Below, in pieces: positions 6,069 to 16,188 of a DNA stretch of 64,000 nucleotides. Position numbers and translations under genes: made by a program. The DNA comes from Eubacteriales bacterium (GTDB lineage Bacteria; Bacillota; Clostridia; Oscillospirales; CAG-272). The first letter of the stretch is position 1. Every line of letters starts with the position of its first letter. The DNA is taken from assembly GCA_045649045.1 (NCBI GenBank), contig JAZRPF010000043.1, positions 459 to 64,458 on the forward strand. The letters run 5' to 3'. The notes beneath the pieces are model-generated. The model was not told where the DNA came from, searched no databases, and worked only from the letters and a program-made list of their open reading frames with translations.

Positions 6069-8165
6069 TCAAACTGCTCGAAAAAGAGCAGTCAAAGCCA
6101 TACAAATCATGATTCCTACCACCGTCGGAAGCGCAGCAGCAAGCGCTGTCCATTTCCATGAGCCCGTTTCCTTTTTGATTGTCAAAAGCGTCGTTGTGCA
6201 CGGAAAATGACAGATGAAAAGCACAAGCACCGAAATTGCCGTTTGCCATGTCCATCCTGCCGCTGTCAAAAGCGCGTGCATCTCCTCTGTGCCGCCAAGC
6301 GATGCAAGCTTCCCTTCCGCCGTATATGCCATAATCATAATCGGCAAGACAATTTCATTAGCAGGCGCACCGAGAATAAATGCAAGTAATATAACGCCAT
6401 CCACTCCCATCAGTCGTCCGAAAGGCTCAAGTGCATTCGCCGCATAGGCGAGCAGACTCTCTCCGCCAACCGTCAGGTTGGCAAGCAAAAAGAGCAACGC
6501 ACCCGCAGGCACAGCAACCGCAACAGCACGCCCAAGCACAAAAACTGTACGGTCAAAAACCGAACGAACAATGACTCGCCCGATTTCAGGTCGACGGTAG
6601 GGCGGTAATTCAAGAACAAAGGAGGACGGTGCCCCACGCAAAAATGTAGCCGATAGAAATCTCGTTGTCAGAAAGGTTAGAAGAATTCCCCCCACAATCA
6701 ACCCCGCAAGCATCAGGGCAACCACAAAGCTCCCCGCTGCACCGTCAATCCCCACAGCACAAAACATAGTCAGCACTGCAACGAGCGCAGGAAACCTACC
6801 GTTACAGGGGACAAACTGATTGGTCAGAATGGCAAGCAGGCGTTCACGCGGCGAATCAATAATGCGACAGCCAGTCACACCCACCGCATTGCATCCAAAG
6901 CCCATACACATCGTCAGTGCCTGCTTGCCGCAAGCATGACAGCACCGAAAGGGCGCATCAAGATTATACGCTATACGCGGAAGGTAGCCTGCATCCTCAA
7001 GCAATGTAAACAAAGGGAAGAAAATAGCCATCGGCGGTAGCATGACCGAAACTATCCATGCAGTCACACGGTAGCAGCCAAAAATCAGAAAATCACGCAG
7101 CGGCAAGGGCAAAGAAAGTGCCTTCAAACCCCGAAACAGATAGTCCTCTAACCGAAAAAGCAAATCCGAAAGAAATGAGGAAAAGTAATTTGCGCCAACA
7201 ACTGTTAACCAAAAAACCAACGCAAGCAGAGCAAGCATGGACAAAAATCCCCACACCTTCCCTGTCAAAAAGGCATCCATGCGCCTGTCCCTGTCCCCCG
7301 AGCTTTCGGGACACAAAACCGCCCCCTTCACAACCTCTTCCGCCTCGCGAACAATGGAAGACACCGTCATATCTGCAAATTCCGCCCGACCAATTGCGTG
7401 ACTTTCAAGCACCTGTTGTGCCACTTCAAGCGCATCACAAAGATCCGTATCCAGAAAAAAATCCGTTCCAAAGCGTTCCGCAAGTGATGAATAAAGGCTC
7501 TCGTCCCCCTCCAAAAGTCGCGCGGCAATAAAGCGGCTGACAGGAGTCCCCTCCTGCCCCGATGTCTCTTTCATGAGGCGTGCCACCGTCGGCTCCACCA
7601 AATTGATTGCCTCTTCAATTGCACTCGGATAGACAATTCGGTGTGTATAGCTCTCCTCGCTCTTTGAAAAAAGTGTGTCGAGCGCACCTGTGAGAAGCTT
7701 GGCGGCATTTTTCTTTCTTGCTGACAGGCCAACAACAGATATGCCCAGCCGGCACGAGATGGCACCAAGATCAAGAGTAATCCCCTTCTTCTTTGCCTCA
7801 TCCATCAAATTGACACAAAGTATAACGCGCGGACAAAGCTCCGCCGTCTGTATAACAAGATTCAAGTTACGCAGAAGGCAGGTCGCATCGGCTACCACCA
7901 CAACGGCATCGGGCTTTTGAAACAGGAGAAAATCCCTTGCCACCGCCTCCTCCTCGGAATGTGCAAGCAATGAATAAGTACCCGGCAGGTCAACGAACCG
8001 ATATTTCTCGCTCTCCCCCACCGCTAACCCAACCGTCTTGCCCGTCCAGTTGCCTGTATGCTGATGCATTCCCGTCAGCGCATTAAAAAGCGTGCTTTTT
8101 CCAACATTCGGATTGCCCGCAAAGGCAATTGTTTTTTTCTCCTTGATTAACCCCTTTTTCTGCAT
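6069..8165 (-). CDS. feoB: Ferrous iron transporter FeoB
   Basis: N-terminal G-domain (AFAGNPNVGKSTLFNALTG...DLPGTYSL) followed by a polytopic membrane domain. AGGAGGGG RBS. Confidence 0.95.
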   Translation of the reverse strand: MQKKGLIKEKKTIAFAGNPNVGKSTLFNALTGMHQHTGNWTGKTVGLAVGESEKYRFVDLPGTYSLLAHSEEEAVARDFLLFQKPDAVVVVADATCLLRNLNLVIQTAELCPRVILCVNLMDEAKKKGITLDLGAISCRLGISVVGLSARKKNAAKLLTGALDTLFSKSEESYTHRIVYPSAIEEAINLVEPTVARLMKETSGQEGTPVSRFIAARLLEGDESLYSSLAERFGTDFFLDTDLCDALEVAQQVLESHAIGRAEFADMTVSSIVREAEEVVKGAVLCPESSGDRDRRMDAFLTGKVWGFLSMLALLALVFWLTVVGANYFSSFLSDLLFRLEDYLFRGLKALSLPLPLRDFLIFGCYRVTAWIVSVMLPPMAIFFPLFTLLEDAGYLPRIAYNLDAPFRCCHACGKQALTMCMGFGCNAVGVTGCRIIDSPRERLLAILTNQFVPCNGRFPALVAVLTMFCAVGIDGAAGSFVVALMLAGLIVGGILLTFLTTRFLSATFLRGAPSSFVLELPPYRRPEIGRVIVRSVFDRTVFVLGRAVAVAVPAGALLFLLANLTVGGESLLAYAANALEPFGRLMGVDGVILLAFILGAPANEIVLPIMIMAYTAEGKLASLGGTEEMHALLTAAGWTWQTAISVLVLFICHFPCTTTLLTIKKETGSWKWTALAAALPTVVGIMICMALTALFRAV

Positions 8166-8410
8166 GATGCCCCTCCTTGCAAAAGGACGGTAGACGCATC
8201 CTTATCCCGAATGGCAATAACCGCACCGCGAATCAGATAAGCGGCAGGATCTCCGCCTGGGCTTCTTCCCACACATTTGACCGCAGTTCCTTCTGTAAGC
8301 CCTATATCTAAAAGACGGCGGCGCATCGCCCCATCTGTCAAAAGCCTTTCTACCCTCCCGCACTCGCCAACAGAGAGCGCGCACAAAGGCATGAAATCTT
8401 CCAAATCCAT
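8147..8410 (-). CDS. feoA: FeoA family iron transport protein
   Basis: MDLEDFMPLCALSVGECGRVERLL...IRGAVIAIRDKDASTVLL (SH3-like FeoA). GGAGGA RBS 9 nt before the ATG at 8410. Overlaps the feoB start. Confidence 0.85.
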   Translation of the reverse strand: MDLEDFMPLCALSVGECGRVERLLTDGAMRRRLLDIGLTEGTAVKCVGRSPGGDPAAYLIRGAVIAIRDKDASTVLLQGGASCRKRG

Positions 8411-8490
8411 GCTAAAAAATCCTCCAAAATGCACAGTGAGATTTATTAATCAGCATATTCCGAATTGTAACGAATGGTGACAGGCGGCAT

Positions 8491-8527
8491 AGAAAACAGG
8501 GCTATCGGCAACAAGCCGATAGCCCTG
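8491..8527 (-). terminator. Terminator after the LRR protein gene
   Basis: CAGGGCTATCGGC-aacaa-GCCGATAGCCCTG followed by TTTTCT on the minus strand. Confidence 0.7.
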
Positions 8528-8541
8528 TCTTACGCATTCAC

Positions 8542-11500
8542 TTATTCATTTGAAGGCTCATCATCCTCGTCCAAATCAGGCTTTTCTTCTAACTCAATCC
8601 CCTCGCCCGAAAGGCCGTCATCCCCATCATCCTCATTTTCTTGAGCATGATTCGGGCTTTGCTCTTTCTTTGCCTCACATAAAAGCTCTTCAAATGTCAG
8701 TCCCGTATTTTCCTCCGTAACCGTTTTCACTCGCCTCTTCGCCCATAATCTTGCTGAAATTCCAAGCGAAACCGAGGTAATGAGCGACACAAGAATTACC
8801 ACAACCAGAAGCACACGCCAGCCAATCCCCTCTTCCTTGTCATATAGCAATGCAAAAGATGCCCCTTCCCCGAGAGAAAGCGACAGACTGCCATCATCCG
8901 CAGGTGTCAAAACCTCAAATTCACCGTTCCTTAAAGCAAGAACAGATCCCCCCTGCTTCATCTGCTTTGGAGACAGTCGCAGGTAACATTGAATACCGCT
9001 CAGATCGCACGCAAATGTATTTGACGCATGACCGTCCTTATCGGTAATTGTGCATATGACCTCTATGAAGAAGCCTCCGTCTGTTACTTTGTCCTGTGCC
9101 TTTGCAAGTGAAGAAAAGTTTGCATTTAATTCGCCATTTGCAATGCGTGTAGCCGAGGCAGTAAAAAGCACGCTTCCACCGTGCAGGAGCCACTCGACCT
9201 CCTCTTCATCAAAAAGCACCTGCAAGCCCAAGAGAAGCCTTTCTCTGTCAATCATCTGACTGTCATCTCTCTCAAATACAAAGGCATTTTTGATAGCCGA
9301 CAACCGATATGCCTGTAATATTTCATTTTTCCGTTCTGTTAAAAGCAAGCGGTCGTTCTCACCAACCTCACTGATTGAAAGAAGACTGTCAATTTCGTCA
9401 AGTGCCTGCATAATTGTCGCTTCCTGCCCGACCGTTGCCATTTCCCCTCTCATCATGGCACTGACAATAGAAGAGATGCTCACACCCTCGACTTCAAGCA
9501 CAACCTCGCGCCCCGCCTCGTCATAGGCGACAAGCGTATGACTCTTCCCATCTGCTGAAAGTGTCAATACCGCCATACCGTTTTGAATCGTACACGGCTT
9601 GCCGTCAAGTGTCACCGACACAAGCCGTCCGTCATCGGTGATGCGGATTTTCCTGTCAGCATAATATTTTTCGCCGCTCGCAATACCAATCACCGTCGGC
9701 ACCTCAATGTCAATCAAAGAAGCTTCATAAAGTGCTGTAAAATCTGTATCTCCCGATACCGTCATTCCTTCTGTATAACCGCTCCACCCCAAAAATGCAA
9801 ACTTATATTGACCGTCTGATTCTTTTGTCGGGGGATTCGGCAACAGAACGGGGCTATCATAGTAAAGTGAAAACTCGGCAAGCAAACTTCCGTCATCATC
9901 AAAGAAGCGACACTGATAACGATTGGGCAACTCACGAAAAAGCGCCTCGGCGCGCAAGGACTGAAAAACCTGATAGGGCAACGCATCTGCCTGACCGTCA
10001 CCGTTCAGATCCCAGCCCGAAAAATAGGCAGTATATCCTTTTTTTGATTCATAGCTTGGAACATTTGGCTGGTTCAGCTCGCCACCAAGCTCCACATAAA
10101 CCACCGAAATCACTTGCCCTCTCGCGTAAAACTCGCATAATGCCCAGCTTCCAAGATACAAAGCCTCTGCATCTCCCTTCCAGCCGTCAGCAAACCCTTC
10201 TCCCTCTTCCTTGGTCTGCAAAAACAGCTTTCCGCCGCTTGCGGTATAGAAAGCATATCTCCCGACTGCCAAGAGATTTTTTGGCACAAGCAAGGACTTC
10301 AAAGCAAAGCAACGGTAAAAAGCAGAAGCCCCCACTCTTTGCAGTGCTTCGGGCAAAAAAATGCTCTCAAGGGCAGTACACCCCTCAAACGCCGATGAAC
10401 CGATTTCGCGCACCGATGCCCCCATACTGACCTTCAAAAGCCCTGTCAGCCCGTAGCAAAGTGAGGATGGCACCAGAGTGACATTCTCGCCGAATACCAT
10501 CTCCGTAAGCGCCACGCACCCACGAAAGACGGGCGAGGCGGAATCGCCTGCAACCAGACAGCTGTCAGCAAAAAAATTGACCTTTTTGAGCGCTGTATCA
10601 TATGCAAAGGCGTGTGTGCCAATGGCGCGTACACCCGATGGAATTGTGACCTCCTGCAAGGCAAGACAATAGGAAAATGCCTCCTTTCCTATGGTTTCCA
10701 AGCAGCTCGGCAGTTCGATTTTGGACAGCTTCTCGCAGGAATAAAACAGTCCATCTGCAATGGCTGTCAGACCAGACGGTAATGTTAAGCTGACAAGCTG
10801 ACGACATGACGAAAAGGCATGAACGCCAATACTTGTCACGCTTTCGGGAAAATGAACAGAACCAATCCCACTACCCGAAAAGCCATACGCACCGATTCCC
10901 GTCAGACCGTTTGGAAGCTGACAGCTTTCAAGTGCAGAACAACCAAAAAAGGCATAATCACCTATCGATGTCAGAAGTGTCGGCAAGGAAAGCGCGCGCA
11001 GAGATACGCAACCGCGAAAGCAGGATTCAGGGATGCTTTTAAGCGTTGCGGGAAGCTGTACGCTCTCCAAGGCGCTTGCACCAAAAAACGCAAACCCACC
11101 AATATCCTTTAAGACGGCAGGTAAATGTACTTCTTTGAGCGCGGTACACGATGCAAACGCATATGCGCCTAATTTTCTGCAAGATGCGGGTAGTGAAGCT
11201 CTTTTGAGCGCCGTACAGGAACGAAAGGCACCCTCTCCAATAGATGAAAGATATTCAGGAAAATCAACCGTAGAAAGCGCGCTGCAATGACTGAACGCAT
11301 GAGCGCCGATTTCTGCGACACTGTCGGGGATTGTCACGCTTTTGACGCGAAAAAAGCCGTAAAAGGCACGCGCACCAATGCTTGTCACACCGTTTTCTAT
11401 GTGAATTTCCACCGCTTTATCGGCATACTCGCTCCAGGGCGCCTTCTCCCCTTCTGCCACATCAGGCATCCTGCCCTCGCCCGATATAGTGAGCACACCG

Positions 11501-11637
11501 TTTTGATAGCTCCAATCAAACGGTTTTTCCGCCGCCAATGTTTCAGTACAAAAGCCCATTGTCAGAATGCAAGCAAAGAAGAATCCCGCAAACGCAATGA
11601 ATAGTTTACATTTTCTCATAAATATACAGCCTTTCAT
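8542..11637 (-). CDS. Cell-surface leucine-rich-repeat protein (BspA-type LRR plus Listeria/Bacteroides-type repeats, C-terminal TM and acidic tail)
   Basis: Signal peptide, then about 17 repeats of the type IPxSVxxIGxxAFxxCxxLxxV. Repeat-like YTAYFSGWDLNGDG / FAFLGWSGY motifs follow. TM segment WRVLLVVVILVSLITSVSLGI, then a D/E-rich tail. The start could be 11619. Confidence 0.85.
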   Translation of the reverse strand: MKGCIFMRKCKLFIAFAGFFFACILTMGFCTETLAAEKPFDWSYQNGVLTISGEGRMPDVAEGEKAPWSEYADKAVEIHIENGVTSIGARAFYGFFRVKSVTIPDSVAEIGAHAFSHCSALSTVDFPEYLSSIGEGAFRSCTALKRASLPASCRKLGAYAFASCTALKEVHLPAVLKDIGGFAFFGASALESVQLPATLKSIPESCFRGCVSLRALSLPTLLTSIGDYAFFGCSALESCQLPNGLTGIGAYGFSGSGIGSVHFPESVTSIGVHAFSSCRQLVSLTLPSGLTAIADGLFYSCEKLSKIELPSCLETIGKEAFSYCLALQEVTIPSGVRAIGTHAFAYDTALKKVNFFADSCLVAGDSASPVFRGCVALTEMVFGENVTLVPSSLCYGLTGLLKVSMGASVREIGSSAFEGCTALESIFLPEALQRVGASAFYRCFALKSLLVPKNLLAVGRYAFYTASGGKLFLQTKEEGEGFADGWKGDAEALYLGSWALCEFYARGQVISVVYVELGGELNQPNVPSYESKKGYTAYFSGWDLNGDGQADALPYQVFQSLRAEALFRELPNRYQCRFFDDDGSLLAEFSLYYDSPVLLPNPPTKESDGQYKFAFLGWSGYTEGMTVSGDTDFTALYEASLIDIEVPTVIGIASGEKYYADRKIRITDDGRLVSVTLDGKPCTIQNGMAVLTLSADGKSHTLVAYDEAGREVVLEVEGVSISSIVSAMMRGEMATVGQEATIMQALDEIDSLLSISEVGENDRLLLTERKNEILQAYRLSAIKNAFVFERDDSQMIDRERLLLGLQVLFDEEEVEWLLHGGSVLFTASATRIANGELNANFSSLAKAQDKVTDGGFFIEVICTITDKDGHASNTFACDLSGIQCYLRLSPKQMKQGGSVLALRNGEFEVLTPADDGSLSLSLGEGASFALLYDKEEGIGWRVLLVVVILVSLITSVSLGISARLWAKRRVKTVTEENTGLTFEELLCEAKKEQSPNHAQENEDDGDDGLSGEGIELEEKPDLDEDDEPSNE

Positions 11638-11760
11638 TTTTTCGTCCTACTTGTTCGCTTGTAAGTATGCAATTCAGTATCATTATAGACCAACCATACG
11701 CGCAAAAGAAAGCGAAAACCGTCGTCCGTGAACAAAAGATTTCGACTGTATGTGCGAGGA

Positions 11761-11809
11761 AAAAACAAAAAGGGTGTCAAAGAACATTCTTTCGTTCTTT
11801 GACACCCTT
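11761..11809 (-). terminator. Terminator after yloV
   Basis: 16-bp stem AAGGGTGTCAAAGAAC/GTTCTTTGACACCCTT followed by a T-run on the minus strand. Confidence 0.8.
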
Positions 11810-11821
11810 TTCCATCAGTGA

Positions 11822-13474
11822 TTATTCTACCGACACAACAAAATCATAGAGCGGCTGCGCGCCGTAAACCATGGAAACCTCAACATCCTCGCCAACCTGT
11901 GTACGAATCAGCTCTTCCATCTTTTGAGCATCGGCTTCCGTGACCTCTTCGCCATAAAAAGCCGTGATGAAGGTAGGGGAATCCACCTGCTCAAGCATCT
12001 TTTTCATGCAAGCAAAGCGGCAATCGTCAACCGCACAAATCTTTCCGTTACAAAGTCCGAGAACCTTGCCCTCGGGGAAGCTCTCGCCCTCAAATGAAAA
12101 TTCGCGGACCGCGCGTGTCATCTGAAGTGTGGTCACTCCCGCAACTGCCTCGTTCATAGCGGCGATGTTATCCTCCGCCGGAATCTCGCTGTCAAAAGCA
12201 AGCATAGCGGCAATTCCCTCGGGTACAGAACGGGTAGAAAGGACATAAACCTTGCGGTCATCGACCTCTGCTGCCGCCTGCTCGGACACCATGTAAATAT
12301 TCTTATTATTGGGCAATACAAATACATTTTTGGCAGGTGTATGGCGAATGGCATCCAGCATTTGCTCCATGCTTGGATTCATTGTCTGTCCGCCGAAAAC
12401 GATGCGGTCAGCGCCCAAATCCTCAAACATTCCCTTCATGCCGTCACCCATGCACACCGTGACAAAGCCGTATTCCTTCTCGGGCGCAACTGCATCCTCA
12501 TGCGCCTCATCTGCCTGTACGGCATTCTTTTCAAGAATTTCCGTGTGCTGCTTGCGCATATTTTCGATTTTAACAGTTGCAAGGTCGCCGTATTTCAGTG
12601 CCTTGGAAAGAACGCTGTCGGGGTTATTGGTATGAACATGAACCTTGATGATTTCTTCATCATCCACAAATACCACGCTGTCGCCAATGCCCATAATAAA
12701 CTGGCGGAAGTCTTCTGCCGTTCCCTCACCGGCGAAGGTCGGACGCTTCTCGACAATGCACTCGGTGCAATATGCAAATTTGATATCCTCGGTTGCAAAA
12801 TGCTCAAAGCTTGAAGAGGCAGCACCTTCTTCACTTGTAGCGGCATTTTTCAGCGCAATCGGCGCGCCCTGCAATGCAACCAGCATTCCCTCAATCATTT
12901 TGACAAAGCCCGCACCGCCCGCATCAACAACATTGGCAAGCTTCAGAGCAGGCAGAAGCTCGGGAGTTGTCTGTAAAGTTTCAATGGCAACAACCACCAT
13001 GTATGCAAACAGGGACTCTACCTTACCTGCATATTCTGTTTCAGCGCGGTCAATTGCCTTATCGGCGCAAACACGCATGACCGTCAGAATCGTACCCTCG
13101 GTCGGTGTCATAACCGCACGGTATGCCTCATGAACACCTGTTTTGAACGCACGCGCGATATGAATGGAATCCGCCTCAACAAGACCGTGCAATTCCTTTG
13201 CAAGACCGCGGAAGAAAAGTGACAGAATGACACCCGAATTTCCGCGTGCGGCACGAAGAACAACACGCGCTACACGCTCTGCACAATCCGAAATTGAGCC
13301 ATCAAAGCCACTTAATTCCGACCGTACTGAACGAAGCGTCATGCTCATATTGATACCGGTATCTCCATCCGGCACAGGAAAGACATTCAAATTATTGATT
13401 TCTTCCTGATTGTTTTCCAAGGCGTTTGCCGCCGAAATGCACATATCCCTGAAAAGTGTTCCTGTAATGACCAT
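11822..13474 (-). CDS. yloV: DAK2 domain fusion protein YloV
   Basis: ...NVFPVPDGDTGINMSMTL... DAK2 signature with a C-terminal DegV-like extension, 550 aa. Confidence 0.85.
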   Translation of the reverse strand: MVITGTLFRDMCISAANALENNQEEINNLNVFPVPDGDTGINMSMTLRSVRSELSGFDGSISDCAERVARVVLRAARGNSGVILSLFFRGLAKELHGLVEADSIHIARAFKTGVHEAYRAVMTPTEGTILTVMRVCADKAIDRAETEYAGKVESLFAYMVVVAIETLQTTPELLPALKLANVVDAGGAGFVKMIEGMLVALQGAPIALKNAATSEEGAASSSFEHFATEDIKFAYCTECIVEKRPTFAGEGTAEDFRQFIMGIGDSVVFVDDEEIIKVHVHTNNPDSVLSKALKYGDLATVKIENMRKQHTEILEKNAVQADEAHEDAVAPEKEYGFVTVCMGDGMKGMFEDLGADRIVFGGQTMNPSMEQMLDAIRHTPAKNVFVLPNNKNIYMVSEQAAAEVDDRKVYVLSTRSVPEGIAAMLAFDSEIPAEDNIAAMNEAVAGVTTLQMTRAVREFSFEGESFPEGKVLGLCNGKICAVDDCRFACMKKMLEQVDSPTFITAFYGEEVTEADAQKMEELIRTQVGEDVEVSMVYGAQPLYDFVVSVE

Positions 13475-13793
13475 AATGGATTATCCTCTTCCTTCAAAGA
13501 GTTCCTTTCTTTGTTTGTTAACCGTTCTTGCCATACAACAAGAAAATGCCATCAATACATATAGCATAGTATAGCATACTTTTTCCTTTTTTTCAAGTCT
13601 TTTTCAAAAAACTCTGAAAACGCATGGCGGAATTGTTCAGAAACGATACGATAAACCACAAAATATTTCATTAATATTTATTCTAAAAAGCGGCAAAAAA
13701 TGAATCCACGCACATTTTTTGTATCATAATGAATTAAAGAAAATTTTGAAGGCAAAACTATCCTTGTAACCAATATACAAAAAGGAGAAAGCT

Positions 13794-14393
13794 ATGTCAA
13801 TTGCATTTGCCGACAGCCAAACCAAAATCAACCTGATGCGCGCCTTTGCGGGCGAAAGCCAAGCGCGGAACCGCTACACCTTCGCCGCCTCCGTTGCAAA
13901 AAAAGCAGGGCAACCCGTGATTGCCGATATGTTTACCTTTACCGCAGGACAAGAAAAAGAACATGCCGAAATCTTTTACAATCACTTAAAGGTCTTTGCG
14001 GGAACAAACATCACCATTGATGCCGCCTATCCCATTGATAAGGATGACGGAATCACCGCGGTTTTACGCGCGGCACAGCACAATGAAAACGAGGAATACG
14101 AAGTCATTTACCCCGGCTTTGCAAACAAAGCCGAGGAAGAGGGCTTCTTGCAAATTGCCGCGTCCTTTCGCATGATTGCCGCCATTGAAAAGACACACAG
14201 TGACCGTTTCGGACTTGCAGCCGACCGCTCTGAAAGACAACAATTGTTTGCATCAGACTCTTCAATCAAATGGATGTGCCTCAACTGCGGTCATGTGCAC
14301 GAGGGCAAGGAAGCACCGATGAATTGTCCTGTATGCCAGCACGCACAAGGATATTTTATTCGTCTGTCAGAAGCCCCTTATACCTCCCTATAA
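13794..14393 (+). CDS. rbr: Rubrerythrin
   Basis: Ferritin-like diiron domain (NLMRAFAGESQARNRY...EKEHAE...) plus a C-terminal rubredoxin motif (CLNCGHV...CPVCQH). Confidence 0.95.
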   Translation: MSIAFADSQTKINLMRAFAGESQARNRYTFAASVAKKAGQPVIADMFTFTAGQEKEHAEIFYNHLKVFAGTNITIDAAYPIDKDDGITAVLRAAQHNENEEYEVIYPGFANKAEEEGFLQIAASFRMIAAIEKTHSDRFGLAADRSERQQLFASDSSIKWMCLNCGHVHEGKEAPMNCPVCQHAQGYFIRLSEAPYTSL

Positions 14394-14395
14394 GC

Positions 14396-14427
14396 AAAAA
14401 AGGCACGGAGCATTCCGTGCCTTTTTT
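14396..14427. terminator. Bidirectional terminator between rbr and the CNNM gene
   Basis: AAAAAGGCACGG-agcatt-CCGTGCCTTTTTT. Confidence 0.85.
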
Positions 14428-14429
14428 GC

Positions 14430-15698
14430 TTATTTATCATCCGTATCGTCTTCTTCGTTTTTGCTTGGCTCAAGAACGGAAACCTCTATAGCCAAAACGC
14501 GTCTGGAATCGGTTTCGATAACCTTGACGGCCAAATTGTCTGCCTCAAAGGAATCACCGACCTCGGGGATTTTTTCAAGTGCGGAAACCACCCAACCGCT
14601 GACGGTTGTCGATTCGCTTTCAATATCCTCGAAGCCAAAGAATTCAAACATATTCTCAAGCTCGGATGTACCAAGCACACGGTAAAGATTATCTCCAAGC
14701 GGCGTGATTTCTTCCACAACCTCATCGTGCTCATCCCAGATATCACCGACAAGCTCTTCAAGTATATCTTCCATCGTGACGATGCCGAGTGTACCGCCAA
14801 ATTCGTCGGCAATCACCGCCATATGCGTCTTTTCCTCTTGCAGTAAGCGCAAAAGGTCACCGATTTTCATGTTCGGTGCAATGAAGGTCGGCTTTTGCAT
14901 CAGCTCGGTAATTGGCTTGTGCGGATTCTTGTAAAAGTCTTTTTGATGCAAGACACCAATGATGTTATCAACGGTATCCTCATAGATTGGTAAGCGGGAA
15001 AATCCGCATTCCGCGAACATAGCTTCCACATCGTCGGCGGGAGCATCTATCGGAAGCGCCACAACATCGACGCGGGGCGTGAGGATATCCTCGGCATTCA
15101 ATTCATTAAACTCAATTGCGCTCTTGATAAGCTCACTTTCCTGCTCATCAATACCGCCCTCCTGTTCAGCTTCCTCAACAAAGGTCAGTATCTCGTTTTC
15201 GGTGATGGCACACTCGTCCTCATGCTTGAAGAAATGAGAAAGCCCGCGCTTAATCAGTCCGAAAAAGAGAGAAAAGGGCATCAGAATCGTGATAATGGGA
15301 CGCAAAAGAGGTGCTACTGTCATTGCGTATTTTTCAGGTCGCTCTTTCGCAAGAGCCTTCGGACACACCTCACCGAAAATCAACACAAAAACAGTCGTAA
15401 CGACAGTTGACCACAAAGTCCCATTGTCAGTTCCCATATTGAAATTCTCGACAAACAAAATGGTTGCAAGTGATGCCGATGCAATATTGACAATGTTGTT
15501 ACCGACAAGAATAGCCGAGATGAGATGGTCATAATTTTCAGACATCCGCAAAACGCGGCGTGCTTTCTTACTGCCTTCATCAGCCAAGCTCTTCAAACGG
15601 GTACGGTTCAAGGATGTAAATGCGGTTTCTGTCGATGAAAAAAACGCACTGAAAAGAAGTAAAATTACTAAAACAGTAATTAATATAGGGGTATTCAA
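14430..15698 (-). CDS. CNNM/CorC-HlyC family transporter (DUF21-CBS pair-CorC_HlyC; 'hemolysin family protein')
   Basis: ...LLLFSAFFSSTETAFTSL... (DUF21), CBS-pair region, and a C-terminal CorC/HlyC domain. I place the start at TTG 15698, with GGAGGA 7 nt upstream. The track start ATG 15734 has no SD. Confidence 0.85.
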   Translation of the reverse strand: MNTPILITVLVILLLFSAFFSSTETAFTSLNRTRLKSLADEGSKKARRVLRMSENYDHLISAILVGNNIVNIASASLATILFVENFNMGTDNGTLWSTVVTTVFVLIFGEVCPKALAKERPEKYAMTVAPLLRPIITILMPFSLFFGLIKRGLSHFFKHEDECAITENEILTFVEEAEQEGGIDEQESELIKSAIEFNELNAEDILTPRVDVVALPIDAPADDVEAMFAECGFSRLPIYEDTVDNIIGVLHQKDFYKNPHKPITELMQKPTFIAPNMKIGDLLRLLQEEKTHMAVIADEFGGTLGIVTMEDILEELVGDIWDEHDEVVEEITPLGDNLYRVLGTSELENMFEFFGFEDIESESTTVSGWVVSALEKIPEVGDSFEADNLAVKVIETDSRRVLAIEVSVLEPSKNEEDDTDDK

Positions 15699-16081
15699 AA
15701 TTATTTCCTCCGGTTTATATGTGTGAAATGCCATCGGTCAAAGCCGAGGCTGCGTGTGAAATAAAGAAGGGCTTTTTGCGGGAATCTGTCAGCATCGTGC
15801 AAATGCAAACCTCCGTTCTCTCCGAAAAGCACAGGGTACAGGGAATAAAGCACACCCGTTGCTTTTAGCAAAAGAGGAACGCAAGCGCGCCCGAAGCAAG
15901 GCCAAGCCGTTCTGCCACGCACCACAAAGTACCGAAAGAAGCAACCATGCGCACCAAATCGTGCGCTGACTTCGGTTTACAGTACCGTCGGATAAAGGCG
16001 GTTCGCTGCTCATAAAATCAGTTTTTTCCTTTCTTCAAAAAACAGGCTATCTGTATAGATTCCCCATTTTCATCATAATCA
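15699..16081 (-). promoter_or_regulatory. Long GC-rich structured 5' leader of the CNNM transporter gene (unclassified candidate cis-regulatory RNA)
   Basis: A consensus promoter at 16116..16088 sits about 380 nt upstream of the start codon. Clear stems such as GCGCAC-gatttg-GTGCGC are flanked by CCGAAG/CTTC..CGG. A CGGTACT motif is repeated. Confidence 0.45.
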
Positions 16082-16087
16082 ACGATT

Positions 16088-16116
16088 ATTATATCATCAT
16101 TCGCTTCTTTTGTCAA
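16088..16116 (-). promoter_or_regulatory. Consensus sigma-A promoter (TTGACA-17-TATAAT) for the CNNM leader
   Basis: Minus strand reads cATTGACAaaagaagcgaatgatgaTATAATaatcg. Confidence 0.75.
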
Positions 16117-16143
16117 TGATTTTCACAATTATTTTTCTAAAGC

Positions 16144-16172
16144 AAAAAACTGCCGCAATCGCGGCAGTTTTT
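16144..16172. terminator. Terminator after gdhA
   Basis: AAAAAA-CTGCCGC-aatc-GCGGCAG-TTTTT. Confidence 0.8.
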
Positions 16173-16188
16173 ATGACAGGAATTAAAA

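Noticed and set aside
8436-8485. Possible Fur box upstream of feoA (TGCTGATTAATAAATCTC on the minus strand)
   Set aside because: Only a loose resemblance to GATAATGATAATCATTATC. I could not define a convincing 19-bp palindrome by eye.
13655-13690. AAATAT-N7-ATATTT inverted repeat upstream of rubrerythrin as a PerR box
   Set aside because: AT-rich spacer DNA produces such short palindromes by chance, and it does not match the 7-1-7 TTATAAT-n-ATTATAA Per box.
15789-16013. 74-aa ORF inside the CNNM leader
   Set aside because: It has no adequate Shine-Dalgarno sequence and an Arg/Cys/Leu-rich composition. It coincides with GC-rich stem-loops, so I treat the region as non-coding leader RNA instead.
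15699-16081. Attempted assignment of the CNNM leader to M-box, yybP-ykoY, ydaO, glycine or T-box classes
   Set aside because: Hallmark strings are missing: GTTAGGTGAGGC, GCTAAAGCTCTACG, GGGGAGTAG, AGCTAAC, CCGAAGG and GGTGGTACCGCG. It is reported only as an unclassified structured leader.
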